From Octopus vulgaris (Eukaryota), in contig OX597815.1 in the NCBI GenBank assembly GCA_951406725.2, positions 128,712,001-128,776,000 on the forward strand: a stretch of 64,000 nucleotides of DNA. Reading direction: 5' to 3'. The first letter of the stretch is position 1; the number at the start of each line of letters is the position of its first letter. This document shows, piece after piece, positions 12,886-25,463 of this stretch. Below the pieces are notes generated by a model. It was given only the letters and a program-made list of their open reading frames with translations, had not been told where the DNA came from and searched no databases. The position numbers were made by a program, and so were the translations under genes.

Positions 12886-14495
12886 CATGCGCGTGCACAC
12901 ACACACACACACACACACATAGTGGTTTCATCTACCAAATCCACTCACAAGGCTTTGGTCAGCTTGAGGCTATAGTAGAAGATTCTCATGCAATGGAATT
13001 GAACCCAAAACCATGTGGTTGGCAATCAAACTTCTTATCTCACTGTCAAACCTCTCTGTGTGTGTGTGTGTGTGGTGACAGGAGGGATTTAAACTCAGAA
13101 CAGAAAGTTAGAGCAAATATACTGCAAGCATTCCATCCAATATTCTAATGACTATACCAGTTCACTACCTATTGATAAGGTTACCTATTATAAATTGGTT
13201 GGCATACCATTTAAAGAGAGGTTTCTCTCATTTACATCAGATCTATAGGAGATAAACACCAACATAGCGTACTGCAAAGGGTCATTAGAGGATATCTCTG
13301 TAAACATAAACATTACAGTTTCCTTGAACTATTGTCTTTTTTTTCTGTTTTTGTATATGTTGTTTAGCCTTAATGACACAGACCTATGATCAAAAGAATT
13401 CCAACTGTTATCTTCCTACCATCTTTTCAGACTTAGTGAATGTTAGGACTACATTATCCAATATAACTCCACCCTCTCCTTTTTTTATGGTAAGGTATGA
13501 TATGAGGTTAAATTGGTTGCTTATTTTAAAGCCACCATGTAGAGCCGTCTTCTTTAATTTGACTTTAGTATGTGATGAAATGGTAAATGTACATGTAGAA
13601 TATGAGTTCATTTCTCAGCAAGCAGAAATACCTTAAAAAGAGTTGTTTATTCAAATGTTCATAGCGTCTTTACTTGTGGTCAGATTATTGTGAAAATTGG
13701 CATTATTGCAGAAATGACTAAAATGAATTCTATCCTATGTTTTCTGAATATTTAGCAAAGCCACTTTCCAAATAGTAACAGAATTTGTAATCTTCCTTGA
13801 TAGCTAAAACTTTTCTCTTTGCTAGATTTACTTCTGATTCTCTGCTTTCACTTGTGTGTTTAGAAGTTTTCCTCTAATTTTTTTTTTTATCTGATTCTGT
13901 TATGAGAACTACATCTGCATATAAGAGTGTCTACTGGTAGTCAGTTAAACTCCTTTATTACTGGGTTGGAGACCTATTAATAAACAGTAGGTGCTGAGAT
14001 CTGAGCCCTGATGATCACCTGTTTGTAAATTAATGCTTTGGATACCAACCCACCTAAGACTCTCCTTGGGTCTATGATTACAAGCTACATGATTTTTAGC
14101 TACCTAAATTAAAGCTTCCTTGAAAATTTCATGTTCATTTAGTTTCCAGATAACAGTTTAATAACAACAAAACAATTCATTAAACTTGTTTTTATTTTCA
14201 AAGTTAACTGAAACAAAGGCAGTGTATTTCCAGAAAATATGATTACAAATTGAGCTAAATTCCTTATTAATTTCATTCCAATATTCATTTTTGCCAGTGC
14301 CTCATGTTGACACAGCTTGTGTGGCTCTCACAAGCTATTCATCTTGGCTCAGTTTTCTTGGAAACCACCAAAGTACAGACATTTAGAAATATTTGCTTGG
14401 ATTAAATGTCAAAGATGATAGAAAATGAAATTTATCATTCATGCATAATATACTTCTGTTTATTTGCTTCTTATGTTGTTTTTATCATTTATTAG

Positions 14496-14646
14496 GGATT
14501 TTTTAGACGTGCTTTGCAAGATATTGGTGACCCAACTCGGAAGAAGTGTTTTTATAATAAGAACTGTGAAATAACAGTGCAAACAAGGAACCGTTGTCAG
14601 TACTGCCGTCTGCAGAAATGTTTGGCATTGGGCATGTCGAGAACAG
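14496..14646 (+). CDS. Nuclear receptor exon B: second zinc finger
   Basis: attag|GGA..., translates [50 protein letters not shown] plus 1 nt, then |gttagt. 151 nt. Confidence 0.96.
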
Positions 14647-14915
14647 GTTAGTTTAATCATGGTTCCTTGATGGAAATGCTGAAATTTCATCCTTTAGCAA
14701 ATGTATTTTTTCTTTGTTTAATCATTGAAGACTAAATGTAAAGCTGATCCTATTTCACACTCAGCTTTATTTTTAACTTATACATAATTAAAAAACATGA
14801 CATGTTATTATATATGTTACATGTACAAAGTTGTCTTGATTTATTCTTCCAATGATTAAAAATAGCTCAGACCACTTTTGTCATTATCTAATTGTATTCT
14901 CTGTTTCCATTGCAG

Positions 14916-16285
14916 CTGCCAAACTTGGCCGGCGTTCTCGAAAGATGCGAGAGATGATAAAGACAATTGAAGATACTCAGACTCAACAAGCATTACATGG
15001 TTTATTAAGCTTACAGTCAGAGATGACTCCTGAGATGCTACCAGCATTTGTCCAAGCTCCCAGCCCCAGCAACTCAGATCTGTCACCTCTAGTTTCTTCA
15101 ACAGCTGCTGTCACATCATCCATACCTATTGACTCAGAGGCAAACTCTGTCAACAGATCTTCTGTCACTGCGCTTTCCCTTCTTCTGAAGAACAGAGCTG
15201 TCAGCACTTGTGTCCCTAAGATGGCAGTTGAAGAGCATAAACTACTTGCTAATGGAGATAATTCTCATATCACTAACATATCAGATGCTGAGTCTGATGA
15301 GGGCTCAAAGTTACCTGAGCCTGTTGATGACAGTCCTTATCCCAAATCCATTGCCGTTGAACGCAGTCCTATATCTGTTCCTTCAACAGCGCACAAACCT
15401 GCTGTACAGTCGATTGTTAGTTCTATCTTAAGTATTCCTTCTAGTGTCTCATTTGGTGTTCAACAATCCTCGTTTGTATTGAAACCCAGCACCGATATTC
15501 GGCCAACTTCCCATGCAATCACTACAGTATCTCCTTCAACACAACGCTTTCATAACTCCTATATAAATCGAACGTCGTCAGTGCAGCTTATGAACCCGGT
15601 GAGCACCAACTCAGTTGTTGTCAACAAGCACACTGACCGCGCTCTGTCCACAACTGTCAGTACTATAACTACTACTACACAGCCATCTGTAATCGTAGCC
15701 AACACTTCATTAGATCTGCGTAAGACTTTCAAGCATGACAAACCGGTGAATCGAAGTCCAATTAAAAAGCGACCCTACATGATTTCTGAACAAGAGGAGA
15801 GCTGTAATAGTATTCAGCCAAGTAAACACATCAAGCAAGAGGTGAAGGACAGTGACAGCTGTTTCAATAATCTGTCACCTAAGGAGACTGTGTCTCCAGA
15901 ACCGGTGAATCTATCCTGTAATATGACATCTACTCCCTGGCATCGAATGGAACAGCAGATACCTGACACGACATCCCCTAGTTTAACTGTAGTCAAACAA
16001 GAACGGCTCAGTTATCGGTCATCTGCTGACCATGTGATGACTTTGCCATCTGCAGCTCATGATAATGCTGCTGGTGCAAGCATTAGTGGACACCATTTGA
16101 ATAATTTGCGTAGAAGTGAGGATGAAACCATTCCAAACATGACAATGATAATAGAAGAAGCTTTCAGCAACAGCTTCGGTTGCCAAGAAAGTCGAATGAC
16201 AGCCATTCAAATGCGTTATCAGGAGCTGAAGCCAAGCAAATTATTGGACAGTATGATAGGAAAACGTCTTAATGAGGATATACAG
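14916..16285 (+). CDS. Nuclear receptor exon C: C-terminal extension/T-box plus long Ser/Thr/Pro-rich hinge and start of LBD
   Basis: ttgcag|CT GCC AAA..., AAKLGRRSRK...KRLNEDIQ, then |gtaagt. 1370 nt with no stop. It is the internal part of ORF 14852..16420. Phase 1 in and phase 0 out match the neighbouring exons. Confidence 0.92.
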
Positions 16286-16373
16286 GTAAGTGATCCAAGT
16301 AACAAATGGTGGTTGTGTTCATTTTTTTTTGTTTTTACTCAGCATTGCTTTTATGATGATTTTAAATTTTCTT

Positions 16374-16847
16374 TTAACCCTTTAGCATGTATACTGGCTA
16401 TATACAACCCAAATATTTGACCTTTTATGTTCAATCTGACCAGATCCTGCCTCTCACACCTACCCTATAATGTGAATCTAAAATAAACAATGATATCATC
16501 AAGATCTCAGAACTTCAAGATAATGCATAATTAATTCAAAACAGTTAAACTAAATAAGCATTACATTTAACAGAGTAATATGAATGCTAAAGGAGAGTGG
16601 CAAACTGGCAGAATAGTTAGCACGCCAGGCAAAATGACTAGCGGTATTTCATCTACCATTACGTTCTGAGTTCAAATTCTGCCGAGGTCAATTTTGCCTT
16701 TCATCCTTTTGGGGTCGATTAAATAAGTACCAGTTAAGCACTGGGGTCGATGTATCGACTTAATCTCTTTGTCTGTCCTTGTTTGTCCCCTCTATGTTTA
16801 GCCCCCTGTGGGCAATAAAGAAATAAATATGAATGCTAAAGGGTTAA
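16374..16847. mobile_element. piggyBac-type MITE with nested SINE
   Basis: TTAA|CCCTTTAGCAT ... ATGCTAAAGGG|TTAA. The internal sequence is homologous to the copy at 19889-20117. Confidence 0.85.
16594..16825 (+). mobile_element. Full-length tRNA-derived SINE (family A) with 17-bp target-site duplication
   Basis: A-box-like tggcagaatagtt, B-box gagttcaaattc, central gcctttcatccttttggggtcgattaaataagtaccag domain (Meta/MESC-like), A-rich tail. TSD AATATGAATGCTAAAGG at 16577-16593 and 16826-16842. Confidence 0.9.
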
Positions 16848-18094
16848 GCATATTTGTTATCAATTTCAGAGAGCAGTGGATTGGTAGGACCATTAGTGTT
16901 GGGAAAAATATGAAGTACCAGTGAAGTACTGGAATCAATGATATTGACTAACCCTTCCTTTAAAAAAATTCTGACCTGTACTTTAATTAGAAACAACTAT
17001 TAACAATGTTTCAGGATATGTATTGTTTATATCAATAGTTCAGTTATTTTCCTTAAATGATATACATGATATAATCTACCCACATGTGTGAAGATGATGT
17101 TATAATCAGTTGGTCTTATTGATAATCATTTTATCAATGCTATACTGATTAGAAATAATGTGAATATTGCACTGGGATTTGAACCAGAACAGTAAAATTT
17201 TTCCATTGGCTTGTTTCCACTGTCATTATCACCATTCATCAGTTTTGCATCCACTTTTTACATGCTAGCAATTGTTGAAGGATACTTCTTGACAAAGTAT
17301 TTCTATGATCAAATGCTCTACCTAAAGCCAACTCATATTTGTTTTCAGGTAAGGTACTTTACTTCATGCTTTTGTTTATCAAACTGCCAAGCCATTGGAC
17401 ATTTTGTTTCTGTGGGACATAAGCAATGTGACTGCTACCCAAGTAGTGTCATTGTGATATTTCATGGGGGTGCTTCCACCCTCACATCCTTGTGCATGTG
17501 TAATCTTCAGGCCCTGAAATACTGTGTGACATCTTGAATTTCGTCTTACTTGATGTTGCCAGCTAATTGTAAAGAAAGGACACAAGCATAAAATCGTTTG
17601 TAAAACTGTGTTTAGCTGAAAGCAAAATTTTACCATGCTTGGACGCTGGTGAGAGTTGGCAGCAGGAAAAGCATCTGCTCTTAAAAAATCTGTTTGACTT
17701 AATTTTGTCTGACCCATGCAACCATAGAAAAGTAAACATTAACATACAGCTTCCATCTACCAGATTTAATTTCAGTGCAACACAAGGCTATAGTAGAAGG
17801 TACTTGCCCTGAGTGCCACATTGTGGAGTTGAACCTGAAACCATATGATTGTAAAATGAACTTTTTAACTACACCTGCATCTATGTATTTAAACTGTCAG
17901 TTCAGTCTGAATAGTTTGATTTCTACTCATAGATTCCCACTATGTATAAGCAATGTTTTAAGACTAGTTCACTGTCAAGCCTGCCCTGGTCTTTCTAGAT
18001 GGGAAACAGATAACTAATTAAATAGTGTAAGCAAAGTTGTCTAATTATACAATATCCATAGGAATCCTGGGAAAATTTTCCAATATCAAAAATA

Positions 18095-18410
18095 TGTGGT
18101 AAGAAGTTTGCTTCCCAACCACATGGTTCTGGGTTCAGTCCCACTATGTGGCATTTGGGCAAGTGTCTGTTACTATAGCCTTAGGCTGACCAAAGCTTGT
18201 GACTTGATTTGGTAGACAGAAACTGAAAGAAGCCTCTGTGTGTGTCCAGCCACCACTTAAAACCAGTGTTGGTGTGTTTATCTCCATGTAACTTAATGGT
18301 TTCGCAAATTAGACTGATAAAATAAGTACCAGGCTTAAAAAACAATAAGTATTACAATCAATTCATTAAACTAAAATTTCTTCAAGGCAATGTCCTACCA
18401 TGTCTGCATT
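18095..18410 (+). mobile_element. tRNA-derived CORE-type SINE (family B)
   Basis: gtggtaagaagtttgc...gggttcagtccc...tgggcaagtgtct...actatagcc; homologous to 61733-62132. Confidence 0.75.
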
Positions 18411-19888
18411 TGCATCATCATCATCATCATTATTTTTTTGGTCCGTTACTCCATGCTGGCATGGGTTAGATGAAACTTAATCAGGTAAAATTTCTGTGGC
18501 CGGATGCTCTTCCTGTCACCAAACCTCATTTGTTTTACAAGTCAAGTATTTTTCATTCCGTTGACCTCCACTGAAATGCAGGACATTTGATTACTAGACA
18601 ATATAAACAATGTCATCATTTTTAGTTCAGATGGCATTATATCTATGAAGGCATACAAAATTAATGTATTCTCTCTCTCTCTCTCTCTCCTTCTCTCTCT
18701 CTTTCTCTCTCACACACATACACACACACTTGCTATCAAATACACAACAGCCTTGCATTTGAAAGCAAAGCTGTTCTATTTACAGAAAACCAAGCAAGTA
18801 AAGATGGACGAAACACACACTCATACGCATCTCAATCAATTAGCTTTCTCTGTTTATGTTAGGTTATCAATTTGTAATAATAAATATCCTACTATAAATC
18901 TACCATACACTTAACTGAAATCACCAACAACAATTCTTAAAATGTCAAATCAAACTGTAAACCAAACTAAGTGGAACCTGCTCCAATTCCCTCCACCCAC
19001 CCGCACAGTTTCCTTTATATCTGAAATAGCCAACATCATCATTTAACATCCATTGTCCCGTAATCCACCATTCATTGTATTCATGCTTCTTTACAATTGT
19101 TACTTACCTTCCTCATCTTATCCATCCCCTCATCTGTCACTCTCCTATACACTATTGCAGCTCCCCTCACACACACCTCGTTCGTCTCTCCCCACTCTAC
19201 TTCTACTCATCTTAAATCTTATGGGACCACCTGAATACCTCATCACCACTTTATTATCTCTCTCCAGTTTCACTCAAACATTCTCAATCTTCCTTCTAAA
19301 TGTGAGTAGCCATGTAGCTTCTCGACAGCAAAAAATCCTATTCAGCCCCCCCTTCCTCTCATACTTTAATCCTTTATCTCCTACCACAAGATCCCCACTC
19401 TTCCTTGGGGCTCATTGTCTTGCTTGCTGCATGGCATCCTCACCAGAGCTGGCAGCATGCAAAAGCACCCAGTACATGCTGTAAAGAGGTTAGCATTAGG
19501 AAGGGCATCTAGCCATAGAAACCATGTCAAAGCAGACACTGGAACATTCGATCCCATCAAACCATCCAACACATGCCAGCATAGAAGATGGTTGGTAGAT
19601 GATGATGATGAGGAGGAGGAGGCAGAAGAGGAAATGATTTATCTGATCAAAAGTTTTGTTTTCAAAATCGACTTGAAGTTTTATTGTGTTTGAACAATGC
19701 CCTATTCTATAAGTGAATATAAACAAGGCTTCTAGTACCTTTCAGGAAGAGAAAATCTTGTGTATTATGGTTTTGAATGAAAAGTGGCTGAGTGTTAAGT
19801 GGTTAATATGTTACATTTCTAGTACAGATTTAATGATTACCAATTTCTGTGTCACAGTTACTTTATTTTATTTTATTTACTGACTCAC

Positions 19889-20117
19889 TTAACCCTTTAG
19901 TGTTTAAACCGGCCAAATCCGGCCCAATATATTCTACATGTTTTATATTCAAACTGGCGATATCTAGCCTCTCACTCCTAACCTACAATGCCATTCTGAA
20001 AATAAGCAATCACATCATTGAAACCTCAAAGCAATAAGATAATGCATGATTAATTTAAAACAATTTGAGTGAAAAAGTATTACATTTAACAGAGTATTCT
20101 GAACACTAAAGGGTTAA
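19889..20117. mobile_element. piggyBac-type MITE
   Basis: TTAA|CCCTTTAGTGTT ... AACACTAAAGGG|TTAA: perfect 12-bp TIR with TTAA TSD. Confidence 0.88.
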
Positions 20118-20399
20118 GTAGCAGTGTGTTGTAACACTTCTATTTTGATGTAGATGTCAGTGGTGTATGAGGATTATTTTATATTTATACTATAATTTTG
20201 AGCTTAGTATCAGGGAGGATATTACTGTTTGAAGGTTAACCTTGACAATTCTTACAAATATCTAAATTTTCTAAACTATGCTGTGATAGCATATTCTATC
20301 ACAAGATATAGATATGATTGTGTGTGTGTGTGTGTGTTATATTTCTTGTTGAAGGGGATTTAGCTGCTGACAATAGACATTTAAGGGCCTGGCTAAATA

Positions 20400-20503
20400 C
20401 TTTGGCAAGGTACTTAAAGTCATTAACCTCCTTCAGTTGTGTGCCATCATTGTAGTAAAATGGCAGGTGGTTCTCACCTGCATTAATGGTCATGTTATCA
20501 GTT
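20400..20503 (-). mobile_element. RTE-clade LINE RT fragment (inverted)
   Basis: The minus strand reads TDNMTINAGENHLPFYYNDGTQLKEVNDFKYL, matching the LINE RT xGxxLxEVxDFKYLG motif. Confidence 0.6.
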
Positions 20504-20599
20504 TCTTTTTTTTTTTCTTTTTTTTTTTTTGAGAAAAAGCTCTTACTTATGCTACAACATTCTCAGGAGATGTTAATAAGTTTTATACATTGCACAGTT

Positions 20600-21030
20600 G
20601 AGCTGAGAGGGCAAGATTCTCAGCCTGGTCAAAACATATGACAATCACATATTTCTAAGACAACAAGGCAGGTCTTCTGGGAATGTGTAGAGATCATATT
20701 TCTTTATCGAGTCAAAACCTGGACTATGAAGAAGAATCTTCAAAGATTACCTTGGTGGTACATAGACCAAGTTTCTCATCAGGGTTTGAAACATCTCAGG
20801 GTGTGAGCACAAGACCAAAGAAGTGATTTATAGACAAATTCCACTCATCTCTACTTTATTGCTCAACACAAGCAAGGCTTTGCTGGCCACTGCTATCATA
20901 CTGAGAACCAGACTGTATCAGGTGTTCTATTTTGGAAACTTCCATACCCAATTATAGGACAAAGACCACTCAACTACGTGAATGTTATGAAACTGAGGAA
21001 CTATCAAAGCCAGTGGGTGACCAAGATTCC
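20600..21030 (+). mobile_element. Decayed RTE-clade LINE C-terminal region
   Basis: Frameshifted remnants CVEIIFLYRVKTWTMKK, EHKTKEVIY and GFAGHCY match the RTE pattern VESVLLYGxETWT...NxxLY...FAGHC. Confidence 0.65.
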
Positions 21031-21209
21031 TGACCTAGTTTTTGAAGAAGTAAAAGCAATACTTTGCAATATTTCTTTCTGATCCATTCAGGCAGGATAT
21101 TTTCTTTTTTCTTTTACTTTCATCTATTTATAGCTGATAAATAGGTATTGCCCAAGTATTAGAGTTAATTTAATCAACTGTTTCCCACCTGCCTAAATAT
21201 CCAGTATCA

Positions 21210-21500
21210 TTATTACCTCTGCCTTGGCGGAGGTATTGTTTTCAGTTGTGTTTGTTTGTCTATGGATAAGATATCTCAAGAACCGCTGGATGGATTCAGA
21301 TGAAACTTTCAGGGCTGTCTGGCCTCATGACTGGCACAAACTGATTAGATTTTGGGATCAATCCGGTACCAGACAAGGATTCTGGATTATTTTTCCTGTT
21401 TTTTATTTAATTTTTGAGAGTAGTCGGGTTCATTTTTAGTATTCTCATTTGTTAGAACAGTTGAGTTTATTTCAGATATTCTCATTTTAAAAATCATCTC
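21210..21500 (+). mobile_element. Non-autonomous Helentron/DINE-like element (3' truncated)
   Basis: Starts ttatTACCTCTGCC-tt-GGCGGAGGTA (subterminal palindrome), then a gtttgtttgtct microsatellite and tggatggattcagatgaaacttt, a typical HINE layout. Confidence 0.6.
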
Positions 21501-22290
21501 TGGCTCCTGGAGTCTTGCATGCATAACGGACTTACTACCTGCAGCCTATGGCACCATGCTATTCGTTCTTTTCAGCTATCTAATACTTTCCTGATTATTC
21601 TGCCTGTACCAAGGAGGCAAACCTTTTGTAACAGTTCTACTAGGCACTCTATTCCCAGTAGATGCCTTCTGGTACTGTTCCCAAGGACCCAACAATAATT
21701 GGCACTATCTTCACCTTCATTTTCCATAGCTATTTTGCACTTAAGAGTGTTGTATCTATCTATTATCTTTTCACTTTACTTCTTGACTATTCGTGGGTCA
21801 AAGGGGCATGCAACGTCAACTATATAGCATATGTGGTGCATCTTGTCCTCCACCATGATGTCTGGTCTGTTATGCTCTAGCACCTGATCTGTTTGGATTG
21901 GGAATTCCTAGAGGATTTTGCTAGTCTCCAACTCTACCAATCTCTGCGGTTTGTGCTCCTGCCTCTCTAGCCCCCACTTTTCGCACAGTTGCTAATGTAG
22001 CACTTTCACTACCTGGTTGTGTTGCCACAACTTATAGTGGTTTGGGGCAAGTCTAGGGCATTCATTCATTGCAGATGCAGCACATTGGTGACATTTGCTC
22101 ATTCCTCAGGTCGACCTTCGAGTTTGTAGCCAGAGCTCGGTCCTGCGCTGCCCATATAATACTCTTGGTCTCTTTTTTTAGGGTTCCTTTCATCAGCCAA
22201 TCCCATTTACTTTTTCCAGCAACTTCTGCTGTGGCTAATTGGAATTGATTGTGTAGTCCCTTCTTTTGTAATTCTTCATGTCCTTTTTGT
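21490..22290 (-). mobile_element. R4/Dong-like (restriction-like endonuclease) non-LTR retrotransposon 3' fragment
   Basis: The minus strand reads KIL*EFPIQTDQVLEHNRPDIMVEDKMHHICYIVDVACPFDPRI ... KIVPIIVGSLGTVP ... ELLQKVCLLGTGRIIRKVLDS*. Has the PD..D nuclease motif, with stops and frameshifts. The 5' junction abuts (TTA)n. Confidence 0.85.
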
Positions 22291-22314
22291 ACTTATTATT
22301 ATTATTATTATTAA

Positions 22315-24300
22315 GACTGAGCTGGCAAAATTGTTAGTGCATTAGACAAAATGCTTAGCAACATTTCTTCTGGCTCTTTACATTTTGTGTCCAAGTTTTG
22401 TTGTGGTTGACTTTGAGATCAAGCTTATTTTATCATCCTTTCAGGGCCAATAAAGTACCAGAAAAATACTGTAATCTATTTGATTGACTAATCCTTTCTC
22501 CAAATTTCCCACCTTGCATCTATGTTAGAATGATTATTTATTGTTGTTGTTATTGTTGTTAACATCAGTGGATCAAGGAATCAATGAAATACTAGTTGTA
22601 TTTCATTGTTCTGAACCTGTATCCCACAACACCCACCTTGTCCTCCTATACTAATTAATTACTAGGATGGGTTTCATCAACTGTACTTACCTCTAAATTG
22701 TGCCAGTACTAAAAATCATTATTGTAGATGGCAGAATTGATATCAAACAAAATTTTTTGGTATTCAGTTACATCTCATCATCACCATTCTCAGTATCAAT
22801 TACTAGAGGCAGTGTAAAAATAAGTTATTTCCTAAATATTTATAGCTTTGCACCAGTTAATTCATTATTTTTGAAGGTCATTTTTTTTCTCTAGCTTATT
22901 TAATGTTTTGTTTTGGGATCATTTACAAATGTTATAAATAATTTTTAGCTTGAAAAATCATTGTTATTACTAAAGAGTGGTGATGGTTAAATTGGTTGAG
23001 CATCAAGCACATTACTTTGTAGAATTTTGATTTATCTTTTCATATTTTGAGTTCAAACCCAATAAAGTACTGGCCAGGTACTGGGGTTGTTGTAATCAAC
23101 TTAGCAACTTCTCTAAAACTTGCTGGCCTTGTGCCAAAATTTGAAAGTCTTATTAGTGAAGCAGTCAGCTAGCAGAAACATTAGAGTGGCAAATAAAATA
23201 CCTTGTGGTATTTCTTCCCATTTCTGAGTTCAAATCCTGCTGAGGTCAAGTTTGCCTTTCATTCTTGTGAAGTCAATAAAATAGATGTGTCAAGTAATGG
23301 GATTGGTGGTATTGACTAATTCCCCTTCCTCAAAATCATCAGACTTGTGCCTAAATGTTTAGTGGCATTCCATCCGTCGTTACATTCTGAGTTCAAATTC
23401 CACCAAGATTTACTTTACCTTTCGTCCTTTCAGGGTCAATGAAATAAGTACCAGCTACGCACTGGGGTCAATGTAACTGACTATCCCCTTTCCTCAAAGT
23501 TTCAGGCTTTGTGTCTATAATAGAAAGGATTATTATTATTATTTAAGAATTTTGTATGTTACGCATGTGTCCCTTCTTTTTCAGTGTATACAATGTATAC
23601 GTGTTTCATTTTTTTTCCCCCATCATTTCATTATATATAAACCCCACACTTTATGTCTGTCTTTGTATTGCCCCTCCCATCATCCTTCACCCTTGTGGCA
23701 AATAAATGAAATTATTATTATTAAGGCAGAATCATTAACACGCTGGACAAAATAATTAGCAGTATTTTGCCCATCGCTACATTCTGAGTTCAAATTCCAC
23801 TGGGGTTGATAAATGAAGTACCGGTGAAACACTGGGGTTGACGTAATCGACTAGTCCCCTCCTCCAAAATTTCAGGCCTTGTGCCTTTAGTAGAAAGGAT
23901 TATTATTATTATTATTATCATTATTATTATTATTATTATTATTATTAGCTTATTTTGGCTGTTATATTTCTTTCTACTGCAGATACAAGGCCTGAAATTT
24001 TGGGGGATGGGGCAAGTTGGTTATATCTATGTAATCAACTAAATTGCCTTTAAATGACATTATTATGATTATTGTTGTTGTTGTTAAGACAGTGAGCTAG
24101 CAGAATTGTTTTCACACTGGACAAAATGCTTAGTGGCATTTCGTCAACCTTTATGCTCTGAGTTAAAATTCTGCCAAGGTTGACTTCACCTTTCATCCTT
24201 TTTGGGGTTGATAAATGAAGTACCAGTCAAGTACTGGGATCAATGTGGTCAACTTTCCTCATCCCCAAAATTTCAGGCCTTGTGCATATAGTAGAAAGGA
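22315..24300 (+). mobile_element. Chain of at least 5 family-A SINE copies (sense)
   Basis: Repeated tgagttcaaat...cctttcatcc...aagtaccag...ggccttgtgcc, joined by (TTA)n. Confidence 0.85.
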
Positions 24301-24329
24301 TTATTATTATAATTATTGTTTTATTTCTA

Positions 24330-24790
24330 ATTTAGGCACAAGGCCAGCAATTTTGTGAGGTGGAGATTAGTCAATCCCATTGACTCTAGTACTATGCCCT
24401 TTACTTTATTAACCCTGGAGTGATGAAAAGTAGAGTTGACCTCAACAGGATCTGAATCAGCAATGTGCCAAATCTTGCTAAGGCTAACTTTGTCTTTCAT
24501 CCTTTCAGGGTTTTTAAAACAGTAAAGGACCAGTCAAGTACTGGAACTGATGGTATCAACTTATCCTCTCCCCTTTAATTTGCCCCAAAATAATAATAAT
24601 CCTTTCTATTATAGGCACAAAGCCTGAAATTTTGTAGAAGGGAGCTAGTTGATTACATTAAACCCTAGTACTCAATTGGTACTTATTTTATCAACCCCAG
24701 ATGGATGAAAGTTAAATTCAACCTCAGTAGAATTTGAATTGAGAAAGTAAAGCAGGAAGATATCCTGCTAAGCATTTTGCCCAGCTTGCT
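24330..24790 (-). mobile_element. Family-A SINE copies (antisense) next to the sense chain
   Basis: aggcacaaggcc...gatgaaaa (24335-24450) and ataggcacaaagcctgaaa...gctaagcattttgcc (24610-24785), with a short sense fragment between them. Confidence 0.8.
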
Positions 24791-25463
24791 GCCTCCTAAA
24801 AATAATACTAATAAGGTTTCTTAACATCATTATTGTTTTGGGGTACATGGCTAAATACTTTACAATTTTTAGTTTTATTTATTTTGGTTGTTAATGTTAT
24901 ATATATATATATATATAATTTATTTATTCAGTCATTGTCTGCTCACATGTTTATTGTTGGTGTATTGGTACATTGTATTTTTGTCATACTTGTAAATAAT
25001 TTAACCTATCATTGTTTTACTAAACACCTTTTCATAAGCCTCTGTATTTTCAATATTCCAAGTTCTGTATGAATACATGTCTGAATATTTCTTCAGATTT
25101 TTGTATATGCATGCATTTTCTTCTGTGCTTGTATTGTCTTCTGTATTTTAAGTATTAACTGATTTGATACCATATTTCTGTTAAAATAAAATGCCTTTGT
25201 TTCAATTAATTTTTAAAATAATGAAGAATTTAATTAAAAAAGAAACCTTGTCATTATTAAGATGGAATTTGAAATTTTGATTATAATGAAAATTTAAAGA
25301 ATAGTTTTAATTTAAATTACATTAAAAAGGAAGTTTGTATCACAAAAGCAAGGACAGTCTCAAGAGGGTTGCTGTCATAAATATTTCTGTCTATATATGT
25401 TTTGTGTGTCAGAAAACGTGTTAAATATTTCATATCTAAATTTCAATCCTTTTTGTCTTTCAG

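Noticed and set aside
14852-14915. ATG start of the 522-aa ORF
   Set aside because: It lies in the 269-nt intron before the acceptor at 14915. The ORF tail 16286-16420 is likewise intron read-through.
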